NCBI GenBank assembly: GCA_049691875.1
Contig: JBAVOG010000266.1
Coordinates: 1 to 44,489, forward strand
Source of the DNA: Burkholderiales bacterium
Lineage (GTDB): Bacteria > Pseudomonadota > Gammaproteobacteria > Burkholderiales > SG8-39
Length of the DNA stretch: 44,489 bases
Direction of reading: 5' to 3'
Shown: piece by piece, positions 1 through 9,740 of the stretch
Position numbering within the stretch: position 1 is the stretch's first letter
Layout: the number at the start of each line of letters is the position of its first letter
The notes under the pieces: generated by a model
What the model was told of the DNA's origin: nothing
Seen by the model: only the letters and a program-made list of their open reading frames with translations
The model's database searches: none
Translations under genes and position numbers: made by a program

Positions 1-1
1 C

Positions 2-634
2 AACAAGCAGGCGCTGAAGCTCGGAGGGTTGCAGCATACGGACGAGCAGCACCTCCTCGCAGAGCTGCTCGAGGCACGCGGCTATACCGTGGAGTTCAAT
101 GTCATCGACCGGCTCTGGACCTCGCGCGTGACCTCGCACATTCCGCTCAGGGACGTCGCCGGCACGATTACGTCGGGGCGCGTGACGGACGCAGTGCGGG
201 TGATCGACAACGGGCTCAGACAGAGTGGCATCGCGAAGCCGCGCATCGCGGTGGCCGGTCTCAATCCGCACGCGGGCGAGGGTGGCACCCTGGGTCGCGA
301 AGAGATCGACGCGATCGGACCAGGCATCGAACGCGCGCAGGCCGAGGGCATCGATGCGCGCGGACCCTTCCCTGCCGACACCGTCTTTATCGCCGCAAAG
401 CGCGGCGATTTCGATGCGGTGGTGACGATGTACCACGACCAGGGCCAGATCGCGATGAAGCTGATGGGATTCGACCGCGGCGTGACCGTACTGGGCGGCC
501 TGCCGGTACCGGTCACGACCTGCGCGCACGGTACGGCGTACGACATCGTCGGCCGCAATGTGGCGAACCTCGTGCCGCTCGCCAACGCATTCGAACTGGC
601 GGTCGTGATGGCCGCACGACTGAGTGAGAGGTGA
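2..634 (+). CDS. PdxA-family NAD(P)-dependent dehydrogenase (4-hydroxythreonine-4-phosphate dehydrogenase-like), C-terminal part; 5-prime end lies upstream of the window
   Basis: The reading frame is open from base 2; the track start at 29 is an internal TTG. PdxA-family signatures are present: GLNPHAGEGG, MYHDQG and TCAHGTAYDIVG. Confidence 0.85.
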   Translation, partial: NKQALKLGGLQHTDEQHLLAELLEARGYTVEFNVIDRLWTSRVTSHIPLRDVAGTITSGRVTDAVRVIDNGLRQSGIAKPRIAVAGLNPHAGEGGTLGREEIDAIGPGIERAQAEGIDARGPFPADTVFIAAKRGDFDAVVTMYHDQGQIAMKLMGFDRGVTVLGGLPVPVTTCAHGTAYDIVGRNVANLVPLANAFELAVVMAARLSER

Positions 635-641
635 AGCGCAC

Positions 642-1862
642 ATGTCCGCGTCGAAGGGCCCGTTGGATGGAGTAAAGGTGCTCGAGCTCTGCCAGGTCAT
701 GGCCGGGCCCACCTGCGGAATGCTGCTCGCCGATCTGGGCGCAGACGTCGTCAAGGTCGAGAAGCTGGCCGGGGGCGACGACACACGGGCCTACGACAAT
801 CCGCAGGTGAACGGCGAATCGGCGGCCTTTCTCGCCATGAACCGCAACAAACGCTCGGTCGCGCTCGACCTGAAGCAGCCGGCAGGGCAGGAAGCCCTCA
901 AGCGCCTGGTGCGTGATGCCGATGTGCTGGTCGAGAATTTCCGCAAGGGCACGATGGAGAAATTCGGCCTCGGCTACGACGTGCTGAGGGCCATCAACCC
1001 CGGCCTCGTCTATTGTGCGATCACCGGCTACGGACACACCGGACCCTACGCCGACAAGGGAGGCTTCGATCTCGTCGCGCAGGGTGCCTCCGGCCTCATG
1101 AGCATCACCGGCGAACCGGGCCGCGAGCCGGTGAAGTGCGGCCCTCCGGTGTGCGACATCAATGGCGGCATGCTTGGCGCGCTTGGAATCGTGGCGGCGT
1201 ACGTACATCGCCTGAAGACGGGCGAGGGTCATATGGTGGATACATCGCTGCTCGAGGCAGGTGTCCACACCACTTTCTGGCACTCGGCGATTTACTTTGC
1301 GACCGGCGTCTCGCCGGCGCCTACCGGCTCGGCGCACGTTCTCTCTGCCCCCTACCAGGCATTCCCGACTCGCGACGGCTGGGTCACCATCGGCGGCGCG
1401 AATCCCGCGAACTGGGTGCGTCTCGCTCGCATGATGGAACTGCCCGAACTGGTGGACGATGCGCGGTTCAAGACCAACACCGACCGGATGCACAACCGCG
1501 CGGCGCTGTTCGAAATCCTGGCGCGAAAAACCCGCGCGCGCACGACGCAGGATCTCGTCGCCGCGCTCGATGCGGCGGGAATTCCCGCCGGCCCGGTGAA
1601 CACGATCGGTGAAATGCTGGCCGACCCTCACGTCCTCGCCCGGGAAATGGTCGTCGAGACGGTCCATCCGGTCGCCGGACCGACCAAAGCGCTCGGCCTG
1701 CCGATCAAGTTCACCGGTACGCCCGGTGGAGTGCGTCGCCCTGCACCTCGGCTGGGCGAGCACACTCGCGAGGTGCTGCATGAAGCGGGGTTCGCGGACG
1801 TCGAGATCGACGCGCTGGCCCGATCCGGCGCCGCGCTCACCTCGGGAGGAATTTCGCCGTAG
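642..1862 (+). CDS. Family III CoA-transferase (CaiB/BaiF type)
   Basis: N-terminal segment GVKVLELCQVMAGPTCGMLLADLGADVVKVE and the conserved Asp-containing segment GGFDLVAQGASGLMSITG are typical of CaiB/BaiF enzymes. Start placed at ATG 642 (MSASKG), just after the upstream stop and preceded by GAGAGGTGA. The track start at 624 would overlap the upstream gene. Confidence 0.88.
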   Translation: MSASKGPLDGVKVLELCQVMAGPTCGMLLADLGADVVKVEKLAGGDDTRAYDNPQVNGESAAFLAMNRNKRSVALDLKQPAGQEALKRLVRDADVLVENFRKGTMEKFGLGYDVLRAINPGLVYCAITGYGHTGPYADKGGFDLVAQGASGLMSITGEPGREPVKCGPPVCDINGGMLGALGIVAAYVHRLKTGEGHMVDTSLLEAGVHTTFWHSAIYFATGVSPAPTGSAHVLSAPYQAFPTRDGWVTIGGANPANWVRLARMMELPELVDDARFKTNTDRMHNRAALFEILARKTRARTTQDLVAALDAAGIPAGPVNTIGEMLADPHVLAREMVVETVHPVAGPTKALGLPIKFTGTPGGVRRPAPRLGEHTREVLHEAGFADVEIDALARSGAALTSGGISP

Positions 1863-1973
1863 AATCACCGGCCCGGCTGCCCGCGGGCCGCAAGAACCTG
1901 GCAGTCACCCACACCCTTCAGGGCACCACGTAAGGCAGTGCAAGCTGCCGAGTACACAAATAGGAGGAGACCA

Positions 1974-2966
1974 ATGAGGCCATATCAGCACGTCATCGCA
2001 ACGTTCGCGCTCGCGATATTCTCGCTTGGCGCCGTCCAGGCGCAGGAAATCAAGATCTCGCACCAGTGGAAGGCCAATGTCGACGGACGCGACAAGGCCA
2101 CGCGCGTTTTCGTCAAGGCGGTCAACGAGGCCGATCCCAGTCTCAAGTTCCGCATCTACCCCGCGCAGTCGCTCGGCATCAAGCCAGTCGCACAGCTCGA
2201 TGCGCTGCAGAACGGCACGCTGGAGATGGCTGTCTTTCCGATGTCCTACGCCGTGGGCAAGGCCGCGGAATTCTCGATCATCATCATGCCCGGCACGGTA
2301 CCGACGCTCGCGCACGCGATGAAGCTGCGCGGCACGCCGTTCCAGGCGAAGCTGAACGAGCTCGCCGGGAAGCATGGCATCCGCATCATCACCTGGTGGT
2401 GGACACCGGGCGCATTCGCGACCAAGGACCGCGAGGTCACCGGCCCGAAGAGCGTGGACGGCCTGAAGATGCGCGCGGCCGATCCGACGTTCGAGGTCAT
2501 GCTCAAGGCGGCCGGCGCGTCGGTGGTCAGCATGCCCTCGACCGAGATCTATCCCTCACTGCAGTCCGGTGTGCTGAATGGCACACTGACGTCCGCGGAG
2601 ACGTTCGTGAGCATGCGCCTCTACGAGCAGACCAAGTTCGCCACGGTGCCCACCAACTACGCCCTGTGGATGCTTCTGCAGCCGCTCGTCATGTCCAAGC
2701 AGCACTGGGACAAGCTGACGCCAGCGCAACAGAAGATCTTCGAAGCCGCCGCCGCCAAGTCGGACGAGTTCTTCCTCGGCCTGCAGAAGGAAGCCGTCGA
2801 CAAGATGGAGGCCGCATACAAGAAGGCCGGCGCGAAGGTGCACGAGATGACCCAGGCCGAATACGACGAGTGGGTCGCGCTTGCGAAAACGACGGCCTAT
2901 CCCGAGTACGCGAGCAAATCGCCCATGGCGAAAGAGCTGCTCGATGCCCTTCTTGCGGTGAAGTGA
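1974..2966 (+). CDS. TRAP transporter substrate-binding protein, DctP type (system 1)
   Basis: AGGAGGAG lies a few nt upstream of ATG 1974. Signal peptide MRPYQHVIATFALAIFSLGAVQA. DctP-like sequence, followed directly by DctQ- and DctM-type genes. Confidence 0.88.
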   Translation: MRPYQHVIATFALAIFSLGAVQAQEIKISHQWKANVDGRDKATRVFVKAVNEADPSLKFRIYPAQSLGIKPVAQLDALQNGTLEMAVFPMSYAVGKAAEFSIIIMPGTVPTLAHAMKLRGTPFQAKLNELAGKHGIRIITWWWTPGAFATKDREVTGPKSVDGLKMRAADPTFEVMLKAAGASVVSMPSTEIYPSLQSGVLNGTLTSAETFVSMRLYEQTKFATVPTNYALWMLLQPLVMSKQHWDKLTPAQQKIFEAAAAKSDEFFLGLQKEAVDKMEAAYKKAGAKVHEMTQAEYDEWVALAKTTAYPEYASKSPMAKELLDALLAVK

Positions 2967-2982
2967 CTCTCGGAAACTGATC

Positions 2983-3010
2983 GAGCCGGGCCGCGCAACT
3001 GGCCCGGCTC
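2983..3010 (+). promoter_or_regulatory. Intercistronic GC stem-loop between the SBP and small-permease genes (possible attenuator or mRNA stabiliser)
   Basis: Perfect 10-bp stem GAGCCGGGCC / GGCCCGGCTC with 8-nt loop GCGCAACT, followed only by GGTTTG (weak T tract). Confidence 0.55.
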
Positions 3011-3013
3011 GGT

Positions 3014-3520
3014 TTGAGTCGTCTCGCTAGGGTGAACCGCTTCGTTTCGGCAATGGACCGGGTGTCGGTCGCCTGCGCCGCGATCGCCTCGGTCATGCTC
3101 GGCGCAGCCGCGCTGGTGATCACCTGGAACGTGATCTACCGTGCCATGGGCGCTTCGACCTACTGGGAGATCGAGTTCTCGGTCTTCATGATGGTCGGCT
3201 CGCTCTTCCTCGCTTCACCTTACTGCCTCATGACGAAAGGTCATGTCGCAGTGGATCTCCTTTCGCACTATCTACCGCGTCGGGCCGCACGCGGGCTGGG
3301 CATCGCGACCGCAATCGTCGGTCTCGCGATCTGCGTCTACCTCGCATTTGCCGGTGCGGAGCTCACCATCGATTCATTCAGCAAGGGTGAGCACACTGAA
3401 AGCACGTGGGCGCCCGCCAAGTGGCCGTTGTTTCTATCCATGCCGATCGGCATGGGGCTCACTGCGCTGCAGTACCTTGCCGACCTCCTGCGAAGCGCTC
3501 CCGCGAAGGCTGATCAATGA
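3014..3520 (+). CDS. TRAP transporter small permease, DctQ type (system 1)
   Basis: 168-aa hydrophobic ORF with about 4 TM segments between the DctP- and DctM-type genes. Its stop overlaps the DctM start (ATGA at 3517). The start is uncertain: TTG 3014, GTG 3032 or ATG 3053. Confidence 0.8.
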   Translation: MSRLARVNRFVSAMDRVSVACAAIASVMLGAAALVITWNVIYRAMGASTYWEIEFSVFMMVGSLFLASPYCLMTKGHVAVDLLSHYLPRRAARGLGIATAIVGLAICVYLAFAGAELTIDSFSKGEHTESTWAPAKWPLFLSMPIGMGLTALQYLADLLRSAPAKADQ

Positions 3521-4833
3521 GCGAGCTCCAGATCGGTTTGCTCATTCTGATCGTCACGCTCGTGGTGCTCTTCTCCGGACTGCCGATCGCCTGGGGCCTC
3601 ACGTTGGTCTCGGTCGGCTTTCTGCTGGTTTTCGCCGGTCCGGAGACGCTCGCGAACGTGCCCATCCTGATGATGGACGAGCTGTCGTCGTTCGCGCTGC
3701 TCACCATTCCGCTGTTCGTCCTGCTCGGTGCGGCCATTGGAGCGTCGGCCGCCGGCAAGGACATCTACGAATCACTGCACCGCTGGCTCGACCGTGTGCC
3801 GGGCGGCCTCGTCATCGCGAACATTCTCGCCTGCGGCGTCTTCTCGTCGATCTGCGGCTCGAGCCCCGCGACGGCTGCGGCGATCGGGAAGTCCGGCGTG
3901 CCCGAGATGATCCAGCGCGGTGTCCCCGCCTCGCTTGCCACCGGTGCGATCTGCGCCGGCGGCACGCTCGGCATCCTGATCCCGCCGTCGATCACGATGA
4001 TCCTGTACGGGGTCGCGACCGAGACGTCGATCGGACGGCTTTTTCTCGCAGGCGTCGTGCCGGGCGCGATGCTCGTCCTGATGTTCTCGCTCTATGCGTG
4101 GCTCGTGACGCTACGTGCGCAGCGCGGCATGGCTCCCGGCGATCTCCCACGCTACACGCTTGTACAGAAGATGGAGGGCCTCGGCCGGGTGACGCCGTTC
4201 ATCGGGATCGTGGTGGCAATCGCATACGCAATGTACGGAGGGCTCGCGACGCCTTCCGAGGTCGCGGCGATTTCGGCGGTCCTCGCGCTCCTCCTTGTGG
4301 CCGGAATCTATCGGGCCTGGCGACTCGGCGACCAGTGGCGCATCTTCCGCGAGACGGTGCGCGAGTCCACGATGATCCTGATGATCATCGGCGCGGCAGC
4401 GGTATTTTCCTACATGATGTCGCTGCTCTACATTACCCAGACCGCCGCGCAATGGATGGTCGACCTCGACCTGAATCGCTGGGTATTGCTTTTCGCGATC
4501 AACATCTTTCTGCTCGTGGCCGGCTGCTTTCTTCCCCCGGTGGCGATCATCCTGATGGTGATGCCGATCCTCACCCCGGTGCTCGAGGCGAACGAATTCG
4601 ACCTGATCTGGTTCGCAGTGATCCTGACGATCAACATGGAGGTCGGCCTGATCACGCCGCCGGTGGGACTGAACCTCTATGTCCTGAAGGGCGTGGCCCC
4701 CGACATCCCGCTCACCACCGTTCTCAAGGGCTCGTTTCCCTTCGTGGTGCTCATGTTTCTCGCGATGGTGATCCTCGCGCTCGTCCCGGACATTGCACTC
4801 TGGCTGCCGAACCACATGATGGGCATGGGATAG
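3517..4833 (+). CDS. TRAP transporter large permease, DctM type (system 1)
   Basis: 438-aa polytopic membrane protein with DctM-like segments (GSSPATAAAIG, GTLGILIPPS, INMEVGLITPPVGLNLYV). ATGA overlap with the upstream gene. Confidence 0.92.
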   Translation: MSELQIGLLILIVTLVVLFSGLPIAWGLTLVSVGFLLVFAGPETLANVPILMMDELSSFALLTIPLFVLLGAAIGASAAGKDIYESLHRWLDRVPGGLVIANILACGVFSSICGSSPATAAAIGKSGVPEMIQRGVPASLATGAICAGGTLGILIPPSITMILYGVATETSIGRLFLAGVVPGAMLVLMFSLYAWLVTLRAQRGMAPGDLPRYTLVQKMEGLGRVTPFIGIVVAIAYAMYGGLATPSEVAAISAVLALLLVAGIYRAWRLGDQWRIFRETVRESTMILMIIGAAAVFSYMMSLLYITQTAAQWMVDLDLNRWVLLFAINIFLLVAGCFLPPVAIILMVMPILTPVLEANEFDLIWFAVILTINMEVGLITPPVGLNLYVLKGVAPDIPLTTVLKGSFPFVVLMFLAMVILALVPDIALWLPNHMMGMG

Positions 4834-4873
4834 TTCCTTCCATCTGCGGGCAGAGCCGTCCGCACCTGTAACC

Positions 4874-6373
4874 ATGAATGCATACGCCCTCTTTCAGTCA
4901 GCATTCGAGCCCAGACGGAGCGAAATCTTCCTCGAGGACGAGCTCGGCGCGTCGTACGCCTATGCCGACCTGGACCGGGAAACCGCGCGGGTGGCGGCAT
5001 TCCTGACTGGTCTGGGGCTGCAGCCAGGCGACCGTGTCGCGGCGCAGATCGAGAAGTCGCCGCAAGGAATTTTTCTCTATCTCGGGACACTGCGCGCCGG
5101 GCTCTGCTTTCTGCCGCTCAATTCCGCGTACCAGAAAGGCGAGATCTCTTATTTCCTCGGCGATGCCGAGCCGGCCGTATTCGTTTGCGACTCCGCGCGC
5201 ATGGCGGGATATGAGGAAATTGCCCGTGCTGCCAAGGTGGCGCACCTGCTCACGCTCGATGCGCGCGGCGCAGGGTCACTCGCCGACGGGCTCAAGGACG
5301 TTGTCCCCCGGTTCGACCCCCGGCCGGTCGGCACGGACGATCTCGCAGTGATCATCTACACATCGGGCACGACCGGGCGGTCGAAGGGCGCGATGGTGAC
5401 GCACGGCAATCTCACGTCCAACGCGGCCGTTCTCAGGGAGTACTGGCGATTTACCGATGGCGACGTGCTGATTCACGCCTTGCCCGTGTTCCACGTGCAC
5501 GGCCTGTTCGTGGCGCTGCACCCGATTCTGCTCGCCGGTGCGCGCATCCTGTTCCACCGCAAGTTCGACGCGAAAGCGGTGCTTGCGGCCGTGCCCCGCG
5601 CGACGGCGCTCATGGGCGTGCCGACATTCTATGTACGGTTGCTGGGAGAGCCCGGGCTGACGAAGGATGCCGTACGAAGCATGCGCCTATTCGTCTCCGG
5701 CTCGGCGCCGCTCTTGCTCGACACGTTCTCCGCGTGGCAAGAGAGAACCGGGCACACGATCCTCGAGCGGTACGGCATGTCGGAGGCGGGGATGATCACG
5801 TCGAATCCCTACGACGGCGAGCGACGCGGCGGAACGGTCGGCTTTCCGTTGCCGGGCATCGCATTGCGCGTCGCGGGTGCCGACGATACGCCGCTTCCGC
5901 CCGGCGAGCCCGGCGCAGTGCAGATCAAGGGGCCCAACGTCTTTGCCGGGTATTGGCAGATGCCCGAAAAGACGCGCGAGGAATTCACCGCCGACGGCTG
6001 GTTCCGGACCGGCGACGTGGGGCAGTGGAGCCACGACGGATATCTCTCGATCGTCGGCCGCGCCAAAGATCTCATCATCTCCGGGGGATACAACGTGTAC
6101 CCGAAGGAGATCGAGCTCGTGATCGACGCGATCCCGGGCGTGGTGGAGTCGGCCGTCGTCGGCGTGCCGCACCCCGATTTCGGCGAAGCGGTCACGGCGG
6201 TGGTCGTCAAGCAGGCTGGCGCTGCGCTCACGGAGGGCGCGATTGTCGATAGCGTTCGCGAGCAGATCGCGAGCTTCAAGGTGCCGAAACGCGTGTACTT
6301 CGTCGACGACCTCCCGCGCAATTCGATGGGAAAGATCCAGAAGGCCGTACTGCGGGAGAAATTCTCCGGCTGA
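4874..6373 (+). CDS. AMP-forming acyl-CoA synthetase, malonyl-CoA synthetase (MatB)-like
   Basis: Adenylate-forming motifs IYTSGTTGRSKGAMVTH, YGMSE, TGD and C-terminal GKIQK. The PVFHVHGLFVA segment is characteristic of MatB-like enzymes. Confidence 0.85.
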   Translation: MNAYALFQSAFEPRRSEIFLEDELGASYAYADLDRETARVAAFLTGLGLQPGDRVAAQIEKSPQGIFLYLGTLRAGLCFLPLNSAYQKGEISYFLGDAEPAVFVCDSARMAGYEEIARAAKVAHLLTLDARGAGSLADGLKDVVPRFDPRPVGTDDLAVIIYTSGTTGRSKGAMVTHGNLTSNAAVLREYWRFTDGDVLIHALPVFHVHGLFVALHPILLAGARILFHRKFDAKAVLAAVPRATALMGVPTFYVRLLGEPGLTKDAVRSMRLFVSGSAPLLLDTFSAWQERTGHTILERYGMSEAGMITSNPYDGERRGGTVGFPLPGIALRVAGADDTPLPPGEPGAVQIKGPNVFAGYWQMPEKTREEFTADGWFRTGDVGQWSHDGYLSIVGRAKDLIISGGYNVYPKEIELVIDAIPGVVESAVVGVPHPDFGEAVTAVVVKQAGAALTEGAIVDSVREQIASFKVPKRVYFVDDLPRNSMGKIQKAVLREKFSG

Positions 6374-6375
6374 CG

Positions 6376-6394
6376 CGAGCGCAGATCGCGCTCG
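6376..6394. terminator. Short hairpin between convergent genes (weak candidate bidirectional terminator)
   Basis: CGAGCGC-agatc-GCGCTCG: 7-bp stem, 5-nt loop, in the 28-bp gap between the stops at 6373 and 6402. No U tract. Confidence 0.3.
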
Positions 6395-6401
6395 GTGCCG
6401 G

Positions 6402-7103
6402 CTACTCGGCCGCGATCAGGCTTGCGAGAAACTCCGGATCCGCGCGCAGCCGCGCAGATGGTCCGTCGTAGACGATCCGGCCCTTGTCCATCACGATCGC
6501 CCGCTCCGAGAAGGCCAGCGCAACGCGGCTATTCTGCTCGACGAGCACGATCGAAAGCCCGCCCTGCGCGCGCAGCCGAACCAGCACGGCGGTCAGGGCC
6601 TCGACGATCACGGGTGCGAGCCCCTCGGTCGGCTCGTCCATCAACAGGACCGTGGGGTTGGTCATCAAGGCCCGTGCGATCGCCAGCATCTGTTGCTCCC
6701 CCCCGGAGAGATGGTTGCCGGCGTGGGCGCGCCGCGCCTTGAGGTTGGGAAAGAGCTCGAACACCCGTTCCTCGTTCCACTGCCCGGCCCGTGCGCCGAG
6801 TTCCAGATTCTCGCGCACGGACAGCGACGGAAAGATCTCCCGCTCCTGCGGGACATAGCCCAGTCCACGTCGCGCCCGCCCGTGAATCGGAACCCGGGCC
6901 AAGCTCTCCCCGCCAAGCAGGATCTCGCCGTGGTGCAGGGTCGTGTGCCCCATGACGGTTGCGAGCAGCGTGGACTTGCCCACACCGTTCCGCCCGATGA
7001 TGCTGACGCTCTCGCCAGCGGCCAGCGCGAGGTCGACGTCCTCCAGCACGACCGTGTCGCCATGGCCTGCCGATACCTTTTTCAACCGAAGCGCATCAGC
7101 CAT
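6402..7103 (-). CDS. ABC transporter ATP-binding protein, LivF type (HAAT family)
   Basis: Walker A GRNGVGKST, signature LSGGEQQ, Walker B LLMDEP. ATG 7103 (MADALRLKKV) overlaps the upstream stop (ATGGCTGA). The longer track ORF to 7178 is rejected. Confidence 0.9.
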   Translation of the reverse strand: MADALRLKKVSAGHGDTVVLEDVDLALAAGESVSIIGRNGVGKSTLLATVMGHTTLHHGEILLGGESLARVPIHGRARRGLGYVPQEREIFPSLSVRENLELGARAGQWNEERVFELFPNLKARRAHAGNHLSGGEQQMLAIARALMTNPTVLLMDEPTEGLAPVIVEALTAVLVRLRAQGGLSIVLVEQNSRVALAFSERAIVMDKGRIVYDGPSARLRADPEFLASLIAAE

Positions 7104-7854
7104 CGCCGGCAGCGCTTCCAAGGTAGACGGCACGCACGTCGCGGTTCGCGGCGATCTCGCCCGGCGTGCCCTCGGCAAAGATCGCGCCGCTCACCAGCAC
7201 CGTGATGCGCTCCGCGAAGCGAAATACCAGATCCATATCGTGCTCGATGATCAGCACGCCGATGTCGCTCGGAAGGGCAGCGACGGCGTCGAGGATGATG
7301 TGGCTCTCCGCGCTCGGCACCCCGGCCGCCGGCTCGTCGAGGAGCAGAACCTTGGGCTCGAGCCCAAGGGCAATGGCGATCTCGATCAGTCGTTGGCGAC
7401 CGTACGGCAATTCGGCGACCCGGCGTCCCGCGTCGCCTGCCAGCTTCAGCGCCTCGAGCAGGCGCATTGCCTCTTCGATGACGTCCCGGCGCCGGCCCGC
7501 GGGTCGAAACATCGAAGACGCGACGCCCATACGCTCCGCAACCGCGATGTAGACGTTCTCGAGCACCGTGAGACCGCGAAAAAGCTGATTGATCTGAAAA
7601 GTACGGGCGATACCGCGCTTCACGCGTCCGGCTTGAGGCAGGCCGGTGACATCCTCGCCACGCAGCAGCACGTGCCCGCGCGACGGATGCAAGAGGCCCG
7701 TGAGCAGGTTGACGAGCGTCGTCTTGCCGGCGCCGTTCGGTCCGATGAGCGCATGGCGCGCGCCGACATCGAGCCGGATGCCGATTTCCCGCGCGACTTC
7801 GAGTGCACCGAAATTCTTGCAAAGCCCGCGGGTCTCGAGAAGCGCCGTGGTCAT
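7096..7854 (-). CDS. ABC transporter ATP-binding protein, LivG type (HAAT family)
   Basis: Starts MTTALLETRGLCKNFG. Walker A GPNGAGKTT, Walker B LLLDEP. ATGA overlap with the permease stop at 7851-7854. The N-terminal approx. 310 aa of the 565-aa track ORF are an off-frame read of the permease gene. Confidence 0.9.
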   Translation of the reverse strand: MTTALLETRGLCKNFGALEVAREIGIRLDVGARHALIGPNGAGKTTLVNLLTGLLHPSRGHVLLRGEDVTGLPQAGRVKRGIARTFQINQLFRGLTVLENVYIAVAERMGVASSMFRPAGRRRDVIEEAMRLLEALKLAGDAGRRVAELPYGRQRLIEIAIALGLEPKVLLLDEPAAGVPSAESHIILDAVAALPSDIGVLIIEHDMDLVFRFAERITVLVSGAIFAEGTPGEIAANRDVRAVYLGSAAGDG

Positions 7855-8858
7855 GACGCACGCCCCGAATGCAGACGCCTGGAGAGCGTCGCTGCAATTC
7901 CGAGAATGCCGTTGCGCGCATAGAGCGCGACGACGATGAGCACGATACCGATGCCCAGCTGCCAGGCGGTCGGATAGGCCTTCGCGAGCGTGTGCTCCAG
8001 CACCATGTACGCGACCGCGCCGACGAAGGCGCCGTACAGCCGCCCGTAGCCGCCCAGTATGAGAATGATCAGCACCCCCGCGGCACGGTCCAGCCCCAAG
8101 GCCGACAAGTTCACGAACGCAGTCGTCTGAGTGAACAGGGCACCCGCCACGCCAGCGAGAGCGGCCGAGATCGTGTAGGCGATCACCAGTCGCCACTGCA
8201 CTGGCGCACCGACTGCGTGCATGCGCAGCACGTTCTCGCGGACCCCGGTGAGGCTTTGGCCGAACGGCGAGTAGACGAGCGCCCGCACGACGATGAAGCA
8301 GACGAACAGTACGACGAGCGCATACAGGTACTGCGAGCGAAAGAACAGCGGCTCGAACTGGAACACGCCGAGGACCGGTGCGAATTCGAGTCCCGGCATG
8401 CCGTCGAATCCACCGGTGTACGCGGCGCCCATATTGGCGCTTTCTTCCAGCAGCGCCATGGTGCACAGCGTCAGCATCAACAGTGTCAGGCCCTGCGTGC
8501 GAAGCAACACGATTCCGCTCGCGAATCCGATAATGCCCGCCACCACTGCGGCAGCAAGCAATCCGCTGAGCGGCTCGTTCCAGCCGAAGTGCAGCGCCAG
8601 GATACCGACGGTGTATGCGCCCGCGCCGAAAAAGGCCGCGTGGCCGAGCGTGATGATCCCCGCGTAGCCCATGACCAGATCGAGCGAGAGGGCGAACAGG
8701 ATCGTGATCAGCACCTGTGTGCCGAACGAGAGGTAGGTGGGATAGAGAAAGAACGCGGCGACCGCGACGACCCACGGCAGGACCTCCCACCACTTGAATC
8801 GATGCCGTCCGGCAAGCGCTTGCGCCACCGCGAGGCCGGACGTGACCGGGGTGCTCAT
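7851..8858 (-). CDS. Branched-chain-amino-acid-type ABC permease, LivM type
   Basis: Polytopic membrane protein with a LivM-like core (SLDLVMGYAGIITLGHAAFFGAGAY). Start placed at ATG 8858 (MSTPVT), which forms an ATGA overlap with the upstream stop. Confidence 0.88.
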   Translation of the reverse strand: MSTPVTSGLAVAQALAGRHRFKWWEVLPWVVAVAAFFLYPTYLSFGTQVLITILFALSLDLVMGYAGIITLGHAAFFGAGAYTVGILALHFGWNEPLSGLLAAAVVAGIIGFASGIVLLRTQGLTLLMLTLCTMALLEESANMGAAYTGGFDGMPGLEFAPVLGVFQFEPLFFRSQYLYALVVLFVCFIVVRALVYSPFGQSLTGVRENVLRMHAVGAPVQWRLVIAYTISAALAGVAGALFTQTTAFVNLSALGLDRAAGVLIILILGGYGRLYGAFVGAVAYMVLEHTLAKAYPTAWQLGIGIVLIVVALYARNGILGIAATLSRRLHSGRAS

Positions 8859-9718
8859 CCGCTCCGCCTGACGAAGAGACCCTGCGGTCGCCACAGCAGC
8901 GCGACGAATGTGAATGCGTAGATGAAGATCGTGCCGCCTTTTGGAAAATAGAGCTTGAGCACGAAATCGAGCACGCCGATCAGCACCGCCGCGAAGAACA
9001 CCCCGCTGACCCGGCCCAGGCCGCCGACCGAGACGACGATCAGGAAGTAGACGAGATATCGCAGCGGATACTGCGGGTCGAGGCCGAGGATCTCGGCTCC
9101 CAGGCCGCCCCCGACGGCCGCAAGCCCGCTACCGAACGCGAACGTGATGGTGAAGAGCTTGCCCACGTCCACACCCAGCGATTGCGCCATGCGCCGGTTG
9201 TCGACAGCGGCGCGAATCTGGGCGCCGAACCGGGTCCGCTCGAAGCCGAGCCACAGTCCGAGCGCAAGCAGGGTGCCCGCGACGATCACCATTAGGCTGT
9301 AGGTCCGGTACGAGATGAAACCGAGGTCGGTCTGGCCGCGCAGCCAGTCGGGCAGCACCAGGGCTTGCGTCTCGGGCCCGACGCCGATCGTGATTGCGGC
9401 AATCATCACGAATACGAGGCCGATGGTGAACAGGACCTGGTCGAGCTCGGAAGCACGGTACAGGCGCGCGTAGAGGAGACGCTCGAGCACGACGGAGAAC
9501 GCGGCGACCGCGACGAATCCGATCGCGAGCGCGGCGAAGAACGGCAAGCCCCATTGGCCCATGGTGTAGACGATGACGTATCCGCCCAGCATCGCAAATC
9601 CGCCATGGGCGAGATTGACGAAGCCCATCAGTCCCATCGTGACTGAAAGTCCGACCGAAACGATGAACAGCACCATGCCCGCTGCGACGCCACCGAGAGC
9701 GATACTGATCACATCCAT
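8855..9718 (-). CDS. Branched-chain-amino-acid-type ABC permease, LivH type
   Basis: 287-aa membrane protein with a LivH-like N-terminus (GLSVTMGLMGFVNLAHGGFAMLGGY). Confidence 0.9.
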   Translation of the reverse strand: MDVISIALGGVAAGMVLFIVSVGLSVTMGLMGFVNLAHGGFAMLGGYVIVYTMGQWGLPFFAALAIGFVAVAAFSVVLERLLYARLYRASELDQVLFTIGLVFVMIAAITIGVGPETQALVLPDWLRGQTDLGFISYRTYSLMVIVAGTLLALGLWLGFERTRFGAQIRAAVDNRRMAQSLGVDVGKLFTITFAFGSGLAAVGGGLGAEILGLDPQYPLRYLVYFLIVVSVGGLGRVSGVFFAAVLIGVLDFVLKLYFPKGGTIFIYAFTFVALLWRPQGLFVRRSG

Positions 9719-9740
9719 TTGAAAGGGAAGCTCGCGGCAG

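Noticed and set aside
513-1868. 451-aa ORF on the minus strand
   Set aside because: It is fully antisense to the well-supported CoA-transferase gene. The Arg/Ala/Gly-rich low-complexity translation is typical of high-GC antisense frames, and I see no family motifs.
3243-4871. 542-aa ORF on the plus strand
   Set aside because: It is an off-frame read through the DctQ and DctM genes. It is Arg/Pro/Gly-rich with no motifs, whereas the DctM frame has clear membrane-protein character.
5487-5502. parS-like sequence TGTTCCACGTGCACGG inside the acyl-CoA synthetase gene
   Set aside because: Only 12/16 positions match and the right half-site is lost. The sequence is explained by the conserved PVFHVHG coding motif.
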